From positions 9,043 through 73,042 of the forward strand of contig JAJDTR010000088.1 of NCBI GenBank assembly GCA_022827055.1: 64,000 nt of DNA, given 5' to 3'. The position numbers were made by a program, and so were the translations under genes. The stretch's first letter is position 1. Each line of letters begins with the position of its first letter. Source of the DNA: Candidatus Poribacteria bacterium. GTDB taxonomy: Bacteria > Poribacteria > WGA-4E > JAJDTR01. The notes under the pieces are model-generated. The model was not told the DNA's origin. It searched no databases and saw nothing but the letters and a program-made list of their open reading frames with translations. This document shows, in pieces, positions 29,202 through 37,021 of the stretch.

Positions 29202-30290
29202 ATGGTTGATGAAGTACGGCGGGAGATAGAAAGAATACGAGAATATATATCAAACGAACGGTTAAGCCAGTTTGATGAAGCTAACACAAAAGCAACCGCC
29301 ATCGAGCCGATTCTGCGCGCACTTGGTTGGGACGTGGCCGACCCCGATGAAGTGAGGCGCGAATTTTCTGTGCGCGCCAGACCGAATGCTCGCCCGGTAG
29401 ACTATCTGTTGTTTTGCGACGACACGCCTAACGTCATCGTTGAAGCGAAAAGGGGCAATCAGTCGTTAGAACGACATCAGGAGCAACTTCAGGATTATGT
29501 CGGTTTCGCACTTTCCGATAATGTTCAAATCGCGGTACTTACCAACGGCGCAGCGTGGTGGTATTATCTGCCCATCCGGGCTGCAAGTTGGGAGCGGAGA
29601 AGAGTCGCGACTGTAGAACTCAGTCAACAAGATAGTAGAGATGTTGCTCAAACATTGGTTAATCTCCTTGGTAAAGAAAATGTCAAATCTGGAAGAGCCA
29701 TTCAAAACGCTGAGAGACATCAGATTTCAGACACCTTACCTAAGATATGGAATCAGCTAATAGCGCAGACTGACAGTTCGATTGTGAATCTCCTTATTGA
29801 ACAAATCCATGGGTTGTGCGTGCGTGAGCCGGATAGGAACGAAGTAGAGCAGTTTCTCTCCGGGCATCTCGAACAGATACAAATAACGCCCCTACCGAGC
29901 ACTCCTGATTCGGTGCCTCCGGTAGAGCCGCATCCCTCGCCGGAACCAAGTCCTTCAGGTTCCGTGACGGGCAAAAAACCAGTTGCATTCATATTTAACG
30001 GAAGCAGATATGAGGTTACATCATGGAGGGCAATGTTAATCAGGCTATGTGAGATAGTTTATTCCGCTCACAGGAATCGCTTTGAGGATGTATTGAGTCT
30101 CAAGGGAAAAACCAAACCTCCCTTTTCAAGAAATGCTGGTGGCATGGCCTCCCCAGTACAAATTAACAGCACAGGAATCTTTGTTGAGACCCATGGCGCC
30201 GCCCAAGCCCTTGTGAAGCGTGCAACAAGGCTAATCACACGCTTTGGATACGGCGAAAACGACCTGTTATTCGAGACTCAGACACCATGA
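29202..30290 (+). CDS. HsdR-N-like (type I restriction enzyme R N-terminal, PD-(D/E)XK) domain protein, paralog A
   Basis: 362 aa. N-terminal NEANTKATAIEPILRALGW...VDYLLF...VIVEAKR (D...EXK catalytic core), characteristic of the HSDR_N-type nuclease domain. C-terminal ~200 aa has no recognised motif. Stop overlaps (ATGA) the start of a response-regulator 5' remnant. Confidence 0.65.
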   Translation: MVDEVRREIERIREYISNERLSQFDEANTKATAIEPILRALGWDVADPDEVRREFSVRARPNARPVDYLLFCDDTPNVIVEAKRGNQSLERHQEQLQDYVGFALSDNVQIAVLTNGAAWWYYLPIRAASWERRRVATVELSQQDSRDVAQTLVNLLGKENVKSGRAIQNAERHQISDTLPKIWNQLIAQTDSSIVNLLIEQIHGLCVREPDRNEVEQFLSGHLEQIQITPLPSTPDSVPPVEPHPSPEPSPSGSVTGKKPVAFIFNGSRYEVTSWRAMLIRLCEIVYSAHRNRFEDVLSLKGKTKPPFSRNAGGMASPVQINSTGIFVETHGAAQALVKRATRLITRFGYGENDLLFETQTP

Positions 30291-30545
30291 AACCAAGCAT
30301 TCTAGTAATTGACGACGAAATCAGCATCTACAAATCCCTACAAGGCGTGTTGGATGACGAGGGTTACACCGTCCAACCGCTCTAAGCAACGGAGAGGGGG
30401 TTTGCCCCTCGCTAATGAGCACATCGATCTTGTCTTCTTGGATATCCCCATGCCCGGTGGGATGGACGGGATCGAAACACCCAAGCGGATGAAACAGATG
30501 TCACCCGACACAGAAGCGCAGGTACATGGGGTTGAACATACGTAA
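30287..30545 (+). pseudogene. Remnant of the 5' ~260 bp of the NtrC-like response-regulator gene (frameshifted receiver-domain fragment)
   Basis: MKPSILVIDDEISIYKSLQGVLDDEGYTVQ then HIDLVFLDIPMPGGMDGIETPKRMKQMS in another frame. Roughly 80-85% nt identity by eye to 33133-33390. Confidence 0.75.
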
Positions 30546-30557
30546 CAGGGTTTAAGA

Positions 30558-31622
30558 ATGTGTGAACAAGTTTTGAATGTAATTGAAAGATGGCAGGCAG
30601 ATGAACGTTTGACTGCATTTAGTGAAGCTAGGATATGTTCTGCGGTTATTGTACCGATATTACGCGGGTTAGGCTGGGATGTTGAGAACCCTGAAGAAGT
30701 GTGGGAACAGTATCCTGTGGAAGAGATAGGTACGGTGGATTATGCTTTGTTGATTGGCAATGAGCCGAAGGTCTTGGTTGAAGTAAAAAGAGGCGGTGAA
30801 TCGCTGGATAGACATCAAATTCAAATTCGGAATTATGCTCGTATAGGCGGGGTTAGCTTAGCAACACTAACCAATGGCGGAACTTGGCGGTTCTATTTGC
30901 CATTGCAGGGGGGAAGTTGGGAGCGGACGAGAGTTGGGGATGTCGTATTTCATGATCAGAACGCTGCAGAAATTACCCAAAGGCTGGTAGACCTTCTCAG
31001 TAGAGAAAATGTCAGCTCTGAGAACGCAATCCGAAATGCAGAAAATCTTCAAGAGAGGAATCGTATATTGAAGGCCTTGCCGAAGGCATGGGAGCAATTG
31101 GTGAATAACAAAATCCCAAATCTCCTCGCAGCACAAGCGCAGGAATTATGCGGACATAAGCCAAGTAGGAACGAAGTGGAGAAATTTCTTTCTGCACATC
31201 TCCAACAGATAACGTCAACTCTGGTTGCCACTGAATCTGTTGCATCTGATGAGCATATTGTAGTGTCCGAATCTGCTACTCAACTAAATCCTTCAGGCCG
31301 CTCGGTACGCACGACATGCCGAGCGTTTACATTTTGCGGAAACAGATATGAGGTTTCGTCGTGGCGCCACATGTTGGTCCGATTATGCGAGATATTGCAT
31401 GCCACTCACAGCGATCGGTTTGAGGAGGTATTGGGTCTCAAAGGAAGGAAACCTTACTTTTCAAAAAAACCTGGAGCTTTGGCAGAACCAAAATTAATCG
31501 AAGGAACAGACATTTTTGTTGAAACCGATGATTCGAAAAGAAACAGAAAGATTGCAGAGCTTCTGATTAGCCTCTTTGGATATAACAAAGGAGAACTATC
31601 TTATGAACCTCGCACATTATGA
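30558..31622 (+). CDS. HsdR-N-like PD-(D/E)XK domain protein, paralog B
   Basis: 354 aa. TAFSEARICSAVIVPILRGLGW...VDYALL...VLVEVKR core. Roughly 35-40% identity to paralog A over the full length. Its stop again overlaps (ATGA) the next response-regulator remnant. Confidence 0.65.
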   Translation: MCEQVLNVIERWQADERLTAFSEARICSAVIVPILRGLGWDVENPEEVWEQYPVEEIGTVDYALLIGNEPKVLVEVKRGGESLDRHQIQIRNYARIGGVSLATLTNGGTWRFYLPLQGGSWERTRVGDVVFHDQNAAEITQRLVDLLSRENVSSENAIRNAENLQERNRILKALPKAWEQLVNNKIPNLLAAQAQELCGHKPSRNEVEKFLSAHLQQITSTLVATESVASDEHIVVSESATQLNPSGRSVRTTCRAFTFCGNRYEVSSWRHMLVRLCEILHATHSDRFEEVLGLKGRKPYFSKKPGALAEPKLIEGTDIFVETDDSKRNRKIAELLISLFGYNKGELSYEPRTL

Positions 31623-31744
31623 CGCCACAACGCAAACCCAACATCTTAATCATTGACGGGAAACCGGCATTTTCTAAATCTTTACAAGATATCTTGGAGG
31701 ATAAGCTTGACACGGTATATTCCTCCATCGGCTGTCACGGTTAG
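31619..31744 (+). pseudogene. Second, more diverged remnant of the response-regulator 5' end (~125 bp)
   Basis: MTPQRKPNILIIDGKPAFSKSLQDILEDKLDTVY then a stop. Aligns to the RR N-terminus MSAKFKPNILIIDDEISICESLQGVLEDEGYTV. Confidence 0.65.
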
Positions 31745-32168
31745 TATCAACTCACTCATCATTGAACCAATTTTGCGGCAATTGGGTTGGAATACGAGTA
31801 ACCCTGATGAAGTGCGACCAGGATATTCTGTAAAACACAGGAGGGTGGACTACGCTTTATTAATCAACAATACAGCCAAGGTATTCATTGAAGTGATAAA
31901 AGGTGGTAAAGCGTTGCAAAGACGTCAAAAGCAACTTCTGCGTGACGTTTTTCATCATGGCGTTGAAATCACAGTACTCACCAACCTCAAAACGTGGTGG
32001 ATTTATCTGCCCATCCGAACAGTAAGTGGGGATCGGAGGAAAGTCGTAACTGTGAAACTTGATCGACGCGATAATACTGAGGCTGCCGAAACGATGGTTG
32101 ATCTCCTTAGCAAAGAAAATGTCAGATCTGGGAGAGCCATCCCAAACGCCGCTTGGCGAGGAAACTAG
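31745..32168 (+). pseudogene. Truncated HsdR-N-like paralog C (lacks N-terminal ~35 aa and the entire C-terminal half)
   Basis: Translation IIEPILRQLGW...VDYALL...FIEVIKGG...WWIYLPIR...SKENVRSGRAIPNA aligns to residues ~35-175 of paralog A and then stops. The six-frame ORF 31653-32168 is a chimera that reads RR remnant 2 out of frame. Confidence 0.6.
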
Positions 32169-32219
32169 CATGAGACTTGAAACTGTTACATGTACTTCTC
32201 ACCGATGGAGGAAAACAAA

Positions 32220-32429
32220 ATGCAAGAGTGGATTGTCACTCTTGAAAAGGATGAAGATGGCTGGTACGTCATAGAATGCCCGGCAATTCCGGGTTGTGTC
32301 TCTCAGGGACGAACAGAGGAAGAAGCGATGGAAAACATCAGGGATGCTATGACCGAATGTTTAGCCGTTCGTGCGGAGGAGGGGCTTCCGTTGAGTGTTG
32401 AAGTTCCGATTGATTCTGCTGTTCGATGA
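32220..32429 (+). CDS. hicB: HicB-like (UPF0150) type II antitoxin, apparently orphan
   Basis: 69 aa. MQEWIVTLEKDEDGWYVIECPAIPGCVSQGRTEEEAMENIRDAM matches the HicB N-terminal RNase-H-like fold consensus. GGAGG ribosome-binding site 10 nt upstream. No adjacent HicA-like ORF seen. Confidence 0.65.
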   Translation: MQEWIVTLEKDEDGWYVIECPAIPGCVSQGRTEEEAMENIRDAMTECLAVRAEEGLPLSVEVPIDSAVR

Positions 32430-32464
32430 ATCGCGAAACGACAAACTAAATGGTTAATTGCCTA

Positions 32465-32737
32465 AGAGCCTGTTTGAAAAATCCGTATTCAAGCTATTTT
32501 TGGTCATTTGAAGACACGTCTTTCGTGATTTCATGCCATGTACCTGTCGCCCCGCCGGGGCTTAGGTGTGCGGGGTTTCGGCATTTCTACACACCTTCAA
32601 GATCTCTATGGGAGTTCTATCGCGGTCACTAATCGTTCCCTTGATCACTCGCTATCCGCTCGTTTAATCCCCTCCGGGGCTATTAGAGGCTGGTGCGCGG
32701 TGCGCACCCTACAAACTGCACTTTTCAAACAGGCTCT
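32465..32737. mobile_element. MITE-like element, copy 1, with 16-bp terminal inverted repeats AGAGCCTGTTTGAAAA
   Basis: Terminal inverted repeats at 32465-32480 and 32722-32737. Internal palindromes GCCCCG-C-CGGGGC and GGTGCGC-GG-TGCGCACC. About 85% identical to copy 2 (61606-61807), except for a ~70-bp nested family-A insertion. Confidence 0.75.
32601..32670. repeat. Dispersed repeat family A, copy 3, nested inside MITE copy 1
   Basis: gatctctatgggagttctatcgcggtcactaatcgttcccttgatcactcgctatccgctcgtttaatcc. Absent from the otherwise collinear MITE copy 2. Closest to the copy at 58807. Confidence 0.7.
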
Positions 32738-32764
32738 AAGTGAATATGGCATAAGACAGCCTCA

Positions 32765-32837
32765 CATGGCACTCCTCTGGAGTGCAAAGCGGTCATACAG
32801 CCGCATTCTATCAACATGGCGCTCCGCTGGAGCGAAA
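32765..32837 (+). repeat. Dispersed repeat family B (double-hairpin element), copy 1
   Basis: catggcActccTctggagTg ...spacer (tcatacagccgcattctatcaa)... catggcgctccgctggagcgaaa. Stems CGCTCC/GGAGCG. Confidence 0.65.
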
Positions 32838-33016
32838 ATGTAAGCATTAAATACTTAGGAAAAGTACCACTAAATGGTTTGCTCGCTAAATAGATAGTGC
32901 TTATGCGGCGTTTGGCTGATTGTCTGAACTGCGATTTATGGGATTCTTGTTGATTGCCTTGATTGCTTGTGATGAGTTGACTAAATCGTTCCTTGAAGCT
33001 AGTAGGATTTAGGGAA

Positions 33017-33047
33017 GAAACCAAGTTTTCAAGAAAAAACTTGGTTT
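33017..33047. promoter_or_regulatory. Perfect 13-bp-stem hairpin / palindrome (GAAACCAAGTTTT-caaga-AAAACTTGGTTTC) 70 bp upstream of the response-regulator start, nested in outer inverted arms (AGGATTTAG / CTAAATCCT)
   Basis: Read directly. No T-run follows it on either strand, so it is more likely an operator or structured 5'-UTR than an intrinsic terminator. Flanked by ACCACTAAATG direct repeats at 32868 and 33076. Confidence 0.4.
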
Positions 33048-33117
33048 CGACGTGTACTAAATCCTTAGCGAGTAAACCACTAAATGCCTAAAATCCAAGT
33101 GAAATTACGAAAACAGT

Positions 33118-34479
33118 ATGAGTGCCAAATTCAAACCCAACATTTTAATCATTGACGACGAAATCAGCATTTGCGAGTCCCTGCAAGGCGTCTTGGAGGA
33201 CGAGGGTTACACCGTCCAAACCGCTCTCAGTGGCGAGGAGGGGATTCGTATCCTTGCGGGTGAGCACATCGACCTCGTTTTCTTGGACATCCTCATGCCC
33301 GGCGGAATGGATGGGATTGAAACGCTCAAGCGGATAAAGCAGATGTCATCCGACACGGAGGTGCTCATGATTTCCGGGCACGGAACGTTTGATCTCGCCC
33401 TGGAAGCCGGACAGTTGGGCGCTTCCGACTTCTTGGGGAAACCGCTTTCGCTCGACAGCATCCTGAGAAAGGTTGAGGCAATCAGCGCGAAGATTGCCAT
33501 CAGGCATTCCGACCGCGATGGGGACACGGATTCGCACGCACACGGCATTGTTGGAGATAGCTCGCAGATTCAGGAGATTCTACTGACAATTCGGCAGGTG
33601 GCGCCGACAAACGGACGGGTGCTCATCACCGGCGAGAGTGGCACAGGCAAGGAGCTCATCGCCCACGCCATTCACGCCTTCAGCGAGCGGACCGAGGCGC
33701 CGCTCGTCAAAGTCAATTGTGCGGCAATCCCCCAAGAGTTGATTGAATCGGAGCTATTTGGACATGAAGCAGGCTCGTTTACGGGAGCGTCTAAGAAGCG
33801 AGTCGGGAAGTTTGAGCAAGCGAATGGCGGGACGATATTCCTGGATGAAATTGGAGATATGAGCTTGTCAACGCAAGCCAAGGTGCTGCGGGTGTTGGAG
33901 GAACGGGAGTATGAGCGAGTCGGCGGGAATCAGACGCTGAGAACGGATGTCCGCGTCATCTCGGCGACGAACAAGCATCTTCCCGACGAAATTGAATCGG
34001 GCAATTTCCGCGAGGATCTTTACTACCGATTGAACGTCGTCCCGGTTCATGTCGCGCCGCTGCGAGAGCGGGTTGAGGATTTGCCGCTGCTTGTGGATTA
34101 TTTCCTGTCGCGATTCTGCCGCGAAAACGGGAAACAGACGATGTCCCTAAGCGATGCCGCCATGAACAATCTTCGGAGACGCGAGTGGCTGGGAAATGTG
34201 CGCGAGTTGCGCAACCTGATGGAAAGAGCCGTTATCCTGTGTCCGAATCAGACGATTGACGAAAGCGATTTATCGAAGGAAATACGACGAGATAGCACTG
34301 ACGGGGACAGTTCGGAGGCATCGCTCAAGGATGCGCGGCAGGAGTTTGAGAGCCGTTTTATTCTTAACTGCCTCAAGGGAAACAGTTGGAACATCACCGA
34401 AACGGCAAAACAACTCGGCATTGAGCGAACGCATCTGCATCGCAAAATGCGCCAGTATGAGATTGAGCGTGAACCGTAG
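33118..34479 (+). CDS. Sigma-54-dependent response regulator (NtrC/AtoC family: receiver + AAA+ sigma54 activator + Fis-type HTH)
   Basis: Receiver motifs DLVFLD and the phospho-acceptor Asp context. GESGTGKE Walker A. GAFTGA loop. C-terminal HTH (TAKQLGIERTHLHRKMRQ). Confidence 0.9.
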   Translation: MSAKFKPNILIIDDEISICESLQGVLEDEGYTVQTALSGEEGIRILAGEHIDLVFLDILMPGGMDGIETLKRIKQMSSDTEVLMISGHGTFDLALEAGQLGASDFLGKPLSLDSILRKVEAISAKIAIRHSDRDGDTDSHAHGIVGDSSQIQEILLTIRQVAPTNGRVLITGESGTGKELIAHAIHAFSERTEAPLVKVNCAAIPQELIESELFGHEAGSFTGASKKRVGKFEQANGGTIFLDEIGDMSLSTQAKVLRVLEEREYERVGGNQTLRTDVRVISATNKHLPDEIESGNFREDLYYRLNVVPVHVAPLRERVEDLPLLVDYFLSRFCRENGKQTMSLSDAAMNNLRRREWLGNVRELRNLMERAVILCPNQTIDESDLSKEIRRDSTDGDSSEASLKDARQEFESRFILNCLKGNSWNITETAKQLGIERTHLHRKMRQYEIEREP

Positions 34480-34486
34480 CCAGCCT

Positions 34487-34957
34487 CTAATTTTCTGAAT
34501 CAGTGCGGCGGCGTTGGATGGATTTGGGAGGTCCAAGAATTTCGCGCAGTATGATACCTTGACGGAACGTCTGAGATGTTAGAGAGATGCCCGCAATTGT
34601 CTTAGGCGCCGCTTGGGAGGGCGTGGCTTCTTTTCGTTCCACTGCCCGATTTAAGGCCGTGCGCTCAATTGGTTTCTCCGCTGTGGTACTAGGCTGAGGT
34701 TCAGTCTCATCCGCTACTCTTAATGGTGGAGCGGGTTTGGGCGGCGGCGGTTCCTCCAGTTGCAGAAAGTCCGGTAACGATTCAGTGACATCCTCATCCG
34801 TCGTTTTGATATTGCCCCAGGGGGGCAGTTTGACTTCCTGTTCGTCCTCTAACACCACCTCAGGTTCCGATTCGCGCGGCTTCTTGCGGCGAAAAGCGCG
34901 ACCCAGCAACGTAAGCGCTATGATGATGAATGGAATTAGTTGAATTAGCTCGTCCAC
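34487..34957 (-). CDS. Small membrane-anchored Pro/Glu-rich protein (hypothetical; YqfB-position gene downstream of floA)
   Basis: N-terminal TM helix (LIPFIIIALTLLG), then an acidic proline-rich linker. Same strand as, and immediately downstream of, the FloA paralogs. Confidence 0.35.
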   Translation of the reverse strand: MDELIQLIPFIIIALTLLGRAFRRKKPRESEPEVVLEDEQEVKLPPWGNIKTTDEDVTESLPDFLQLEEPPPPKPAPPLRVADETEPQPSTTAEKPIERTALNRAVERKEATPSQAAPKTIAGISLTSQTFRQGIILREILGPPKSIQRRRTDSEN

Positions 34958-35044
34958 GGTTGGTTACCTTACCTGTGACGTTTTTCGGGCGGTTGAGCAG
35001 GTTCAATTGAAGATGAACTGAACCCACCGTCCCGCTTCGGTTAC

Positions 35045-36076
35045 CTACGTAAGCCCGATCGAATGTGCTGATCTAGTCGTATCGGTTTCACGCTCGCCGC
35101 CAGGAGAGGCAATGGCTTGGCGCATCTCCGTATCGGCGAGGATATTCCTGAGGTTGTAGTAATCCATAACGCTCATTCGACTGGAATCAAATGAATCGGC
35201 GATTGCGCGAGGAACTTCGGCTTCCGCTTCAACAAGGGTAACGGTCATCTCTTCAACAAGCGCTTTGTTTTCCTCTTCCTCCGCTTGCGCTCGGGCTCGC
35301 CTCTCCTCCGCTTTTGCCTGCGCGATCTTCAATTCTGCTTGCGCCTGATCGGTCTGCAGCTTGGCGCCGACGTTCTCGCCTACGTTGATGTCGGCGATAT
35401 CGATTGACAAAATCTCAAAGGCGGTTCCGGCGGATAACCCTTTTTCGAGCACAGTTTCCGAAATGCGTACCGGGCTTTCCAAAACCTCCTTGTGACTCGC
35501 CGCAGAGCCGATTGTCGTGATAATCCCTTCACCTACTCTGGCTCTAATGGTTTCTTCGGTAGCCCCGCCGACGAGACGATCAATGTCCGCCCTCACCGTC
35601 ACACGTGCCTTGACAATAAGCTGAATGCCATCACGCGCAACGGCGGTAATTCCGGATTGGGTGTCTCCCTTGGAGGGAATGTCGATGATTTCCGGCGTGA
35701 CGCTGACCTGTACGGCTTGCAACACATCGCGGCCGGCAAGGTCGATTGCGGCGGCTTGCGCGAAGTCAAGTGAGATGTTCGCTTTATCCGCGGCGATGAG
35801 CGCTGCGACGACACTGGCAACTCTTCCGCCCGCGAGATAGTGCGCCTCTAGTTCATCGAGCGAAAGGTTGAGCCCCGCCTTGGTCGCGTTGATTTGCGGC
35901 TCTATGATGCCTTTGGGAGGCACACGCCGCAAACGCATCGCGACCAGATCGCCAAAGATCCGCACCCGAACATTCGCCGCGATCGCGGTGATCCATAAAC
36001 CGATAGGGACGAACGTGGTGAGGAATATGAGAAATACAATAACAAGAACCGCGAGTATCGCAACAACTGACGGCAT
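35045..36076 (-). CDS. floA: Flotillin-like protein FloA (UPF0365/YqfA family), paralog 1
   Basis: 343 aa. N-terminal TM hairpin. Band-7/SPFH core ([11 protein letters not shown]...[17 protein letters not shown]). C-terminal EA-rich coiled coil ([24 protein letters not shown]). Confidence 0.8.
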   Translation of the reverse strand: MPSVVAILAVLVIVFLIFLTTFVPIGLWITAIAANVRVRIFGDLVAMRLRRVPPKGIIEPQINATKAGLNLSLDELEAHYLAGGRVASVVAALIAADKANISLDFAQAAAIDLAGRDVLQAVQVSVTPEIIDIPSKGDTQSGITAVARDGIQLIVKARVTVRADIDRLVGGATEETIRARVGEGIITTIGSAASHKEVLESPVRISETVLEKGLSAGTAFEILSIDIADINVGENVGAKLQTDQAQAELKIAQAKAEERRARAQAEEEENKALVEEMTVTLVEAEAEVPRAIADSFDSSRMSVMDYYNLRNILADTEMRQAIASPGGERETDTTRSAHSIGLT

Positions 36077-36090
36077 CTGAAACCCTCCTT

Positions 36091-36996
36091 CTAAGATTGC
36101 GGTGTTAAGGTGCCTTCGCGGAACGCACCCGCGAGCGCGCGGGGAACGGAAGCCTCGGCTTCGACAACCGTAGCTCGCATCTTCTGGACATTGGCTGTCA
36201 TCTCCTGCTTACGCGCGACTGCCATCGCTCGTCTTTCCTCCGCCTTAGCCTGCGCAACGACCAGATCGGCTTCGGCTTGCTCGGCTTGGAGTTCGGCTCC
36301 GATGTTCTTCCCAACGTTGACATCGGCAATATCAATGGAGAGAATCTCATAGGCAGTGCCCGCGTCTAGCCCCCGATCCAACACGGTTTTGGACATAACG
36401 TCGGGATTTTCAAGGACATCTTCGTAAGTCTCCGCGGCGCCAATTGCGCTAATGATTCCCTCTCCGACCCGCGCAATAATTGTCTCTTCGCCCGCGCCAC
36501 CGACGAGTCTGTTGATGTTCGTCCTGACAGTGATTCGCACGACGGCAATCAGCTCAACGCCGTCAAGTGCGACCGTGCTGATACGCGGTGTCGTGATGAC
36601 GCGAGGGTTGACGCTAACCTGTACGGCTTCAAATACATCTCGCCCCGCTAAATCAATTGCAGCGGAACGCTGGAAATTGAGGTCGATTTTCGCTTTGTCC
36701 GCGGCAATCAATGCGTTCACGACTCTCAGCACGTTTCCGCCCGCAAGGTAGTGCGCTTCAAGATCGGTCGTTTTAACTGTCAGACCTGCCTTGGTCGCGC
36801 TAATCTGTGCGTTAACAATTACGTTCGGATTCACCCGCCGTAAACGCATCCCGACCAAATCGCCGATGATGCGGATTCGCACACCTGCCGCTTGAGCGGC
36901 AATCCACAGACCGACAGGCACAAACCAAAAGAATACTAGCAGAAAAATCAGTATCAATACGGCAATAATCGCTGTAAAACCTGTTATATCAGGCAT
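36091..36996 (-). CDS. floA: Flotillin-like protein FloA, paralog 2
   Basis: 301 aa. About 55% identical to paralog 1 along the SPFH core. Has the same EAEAD...[10 protein letters not shown] tail. Confidence 0.8.
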   Translation of the reverse strand: MPDITGFTAIIAVLILIFLLVFFWFVPVGLWIAAQAAGVRIRIIGDLVGMRLRRVNPNVIVNAQISATKAGLTVKTTDLEAHYLAGGNVLRVVNALIAADKAKIDLNFQRSAAIDLAGRDVFEAVQVSVNPRVITTPRISTVALDGVELIAVVRITVRTNINRLVGGAGEETIIARVGEGIISAIGAAETYEDVLENPDVMSKTVLDRGLDAGTAYEILSIDIADVNVGKNIGAELQAEQAEADLVVAQAKAEERRAMAVARKQEMTANVQKMRATVVEAEASVPRALAGAFREGTLTPQS

Positions 36997-37021
36997 CTAG
37001 ATCTCCTTCCTGTTTAAACTT

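Noticed and set aside
31653-31744. First 30 codons of the six-frame ORF 31653-32168.
   Set aside because: They read the response-regulator 5' remnant in a shifted frame. Homology to paralog A begins only at about 31745, so the ORF is a chimera over a pseudogene.
32059-32274. Candidate HicA partner upstream of hicB (71-aa ORF).
   Set aside because: The translation has no HicA-like dsRBD signature and overlaps the degraded paralog C and the hicB start. Judged spurious.
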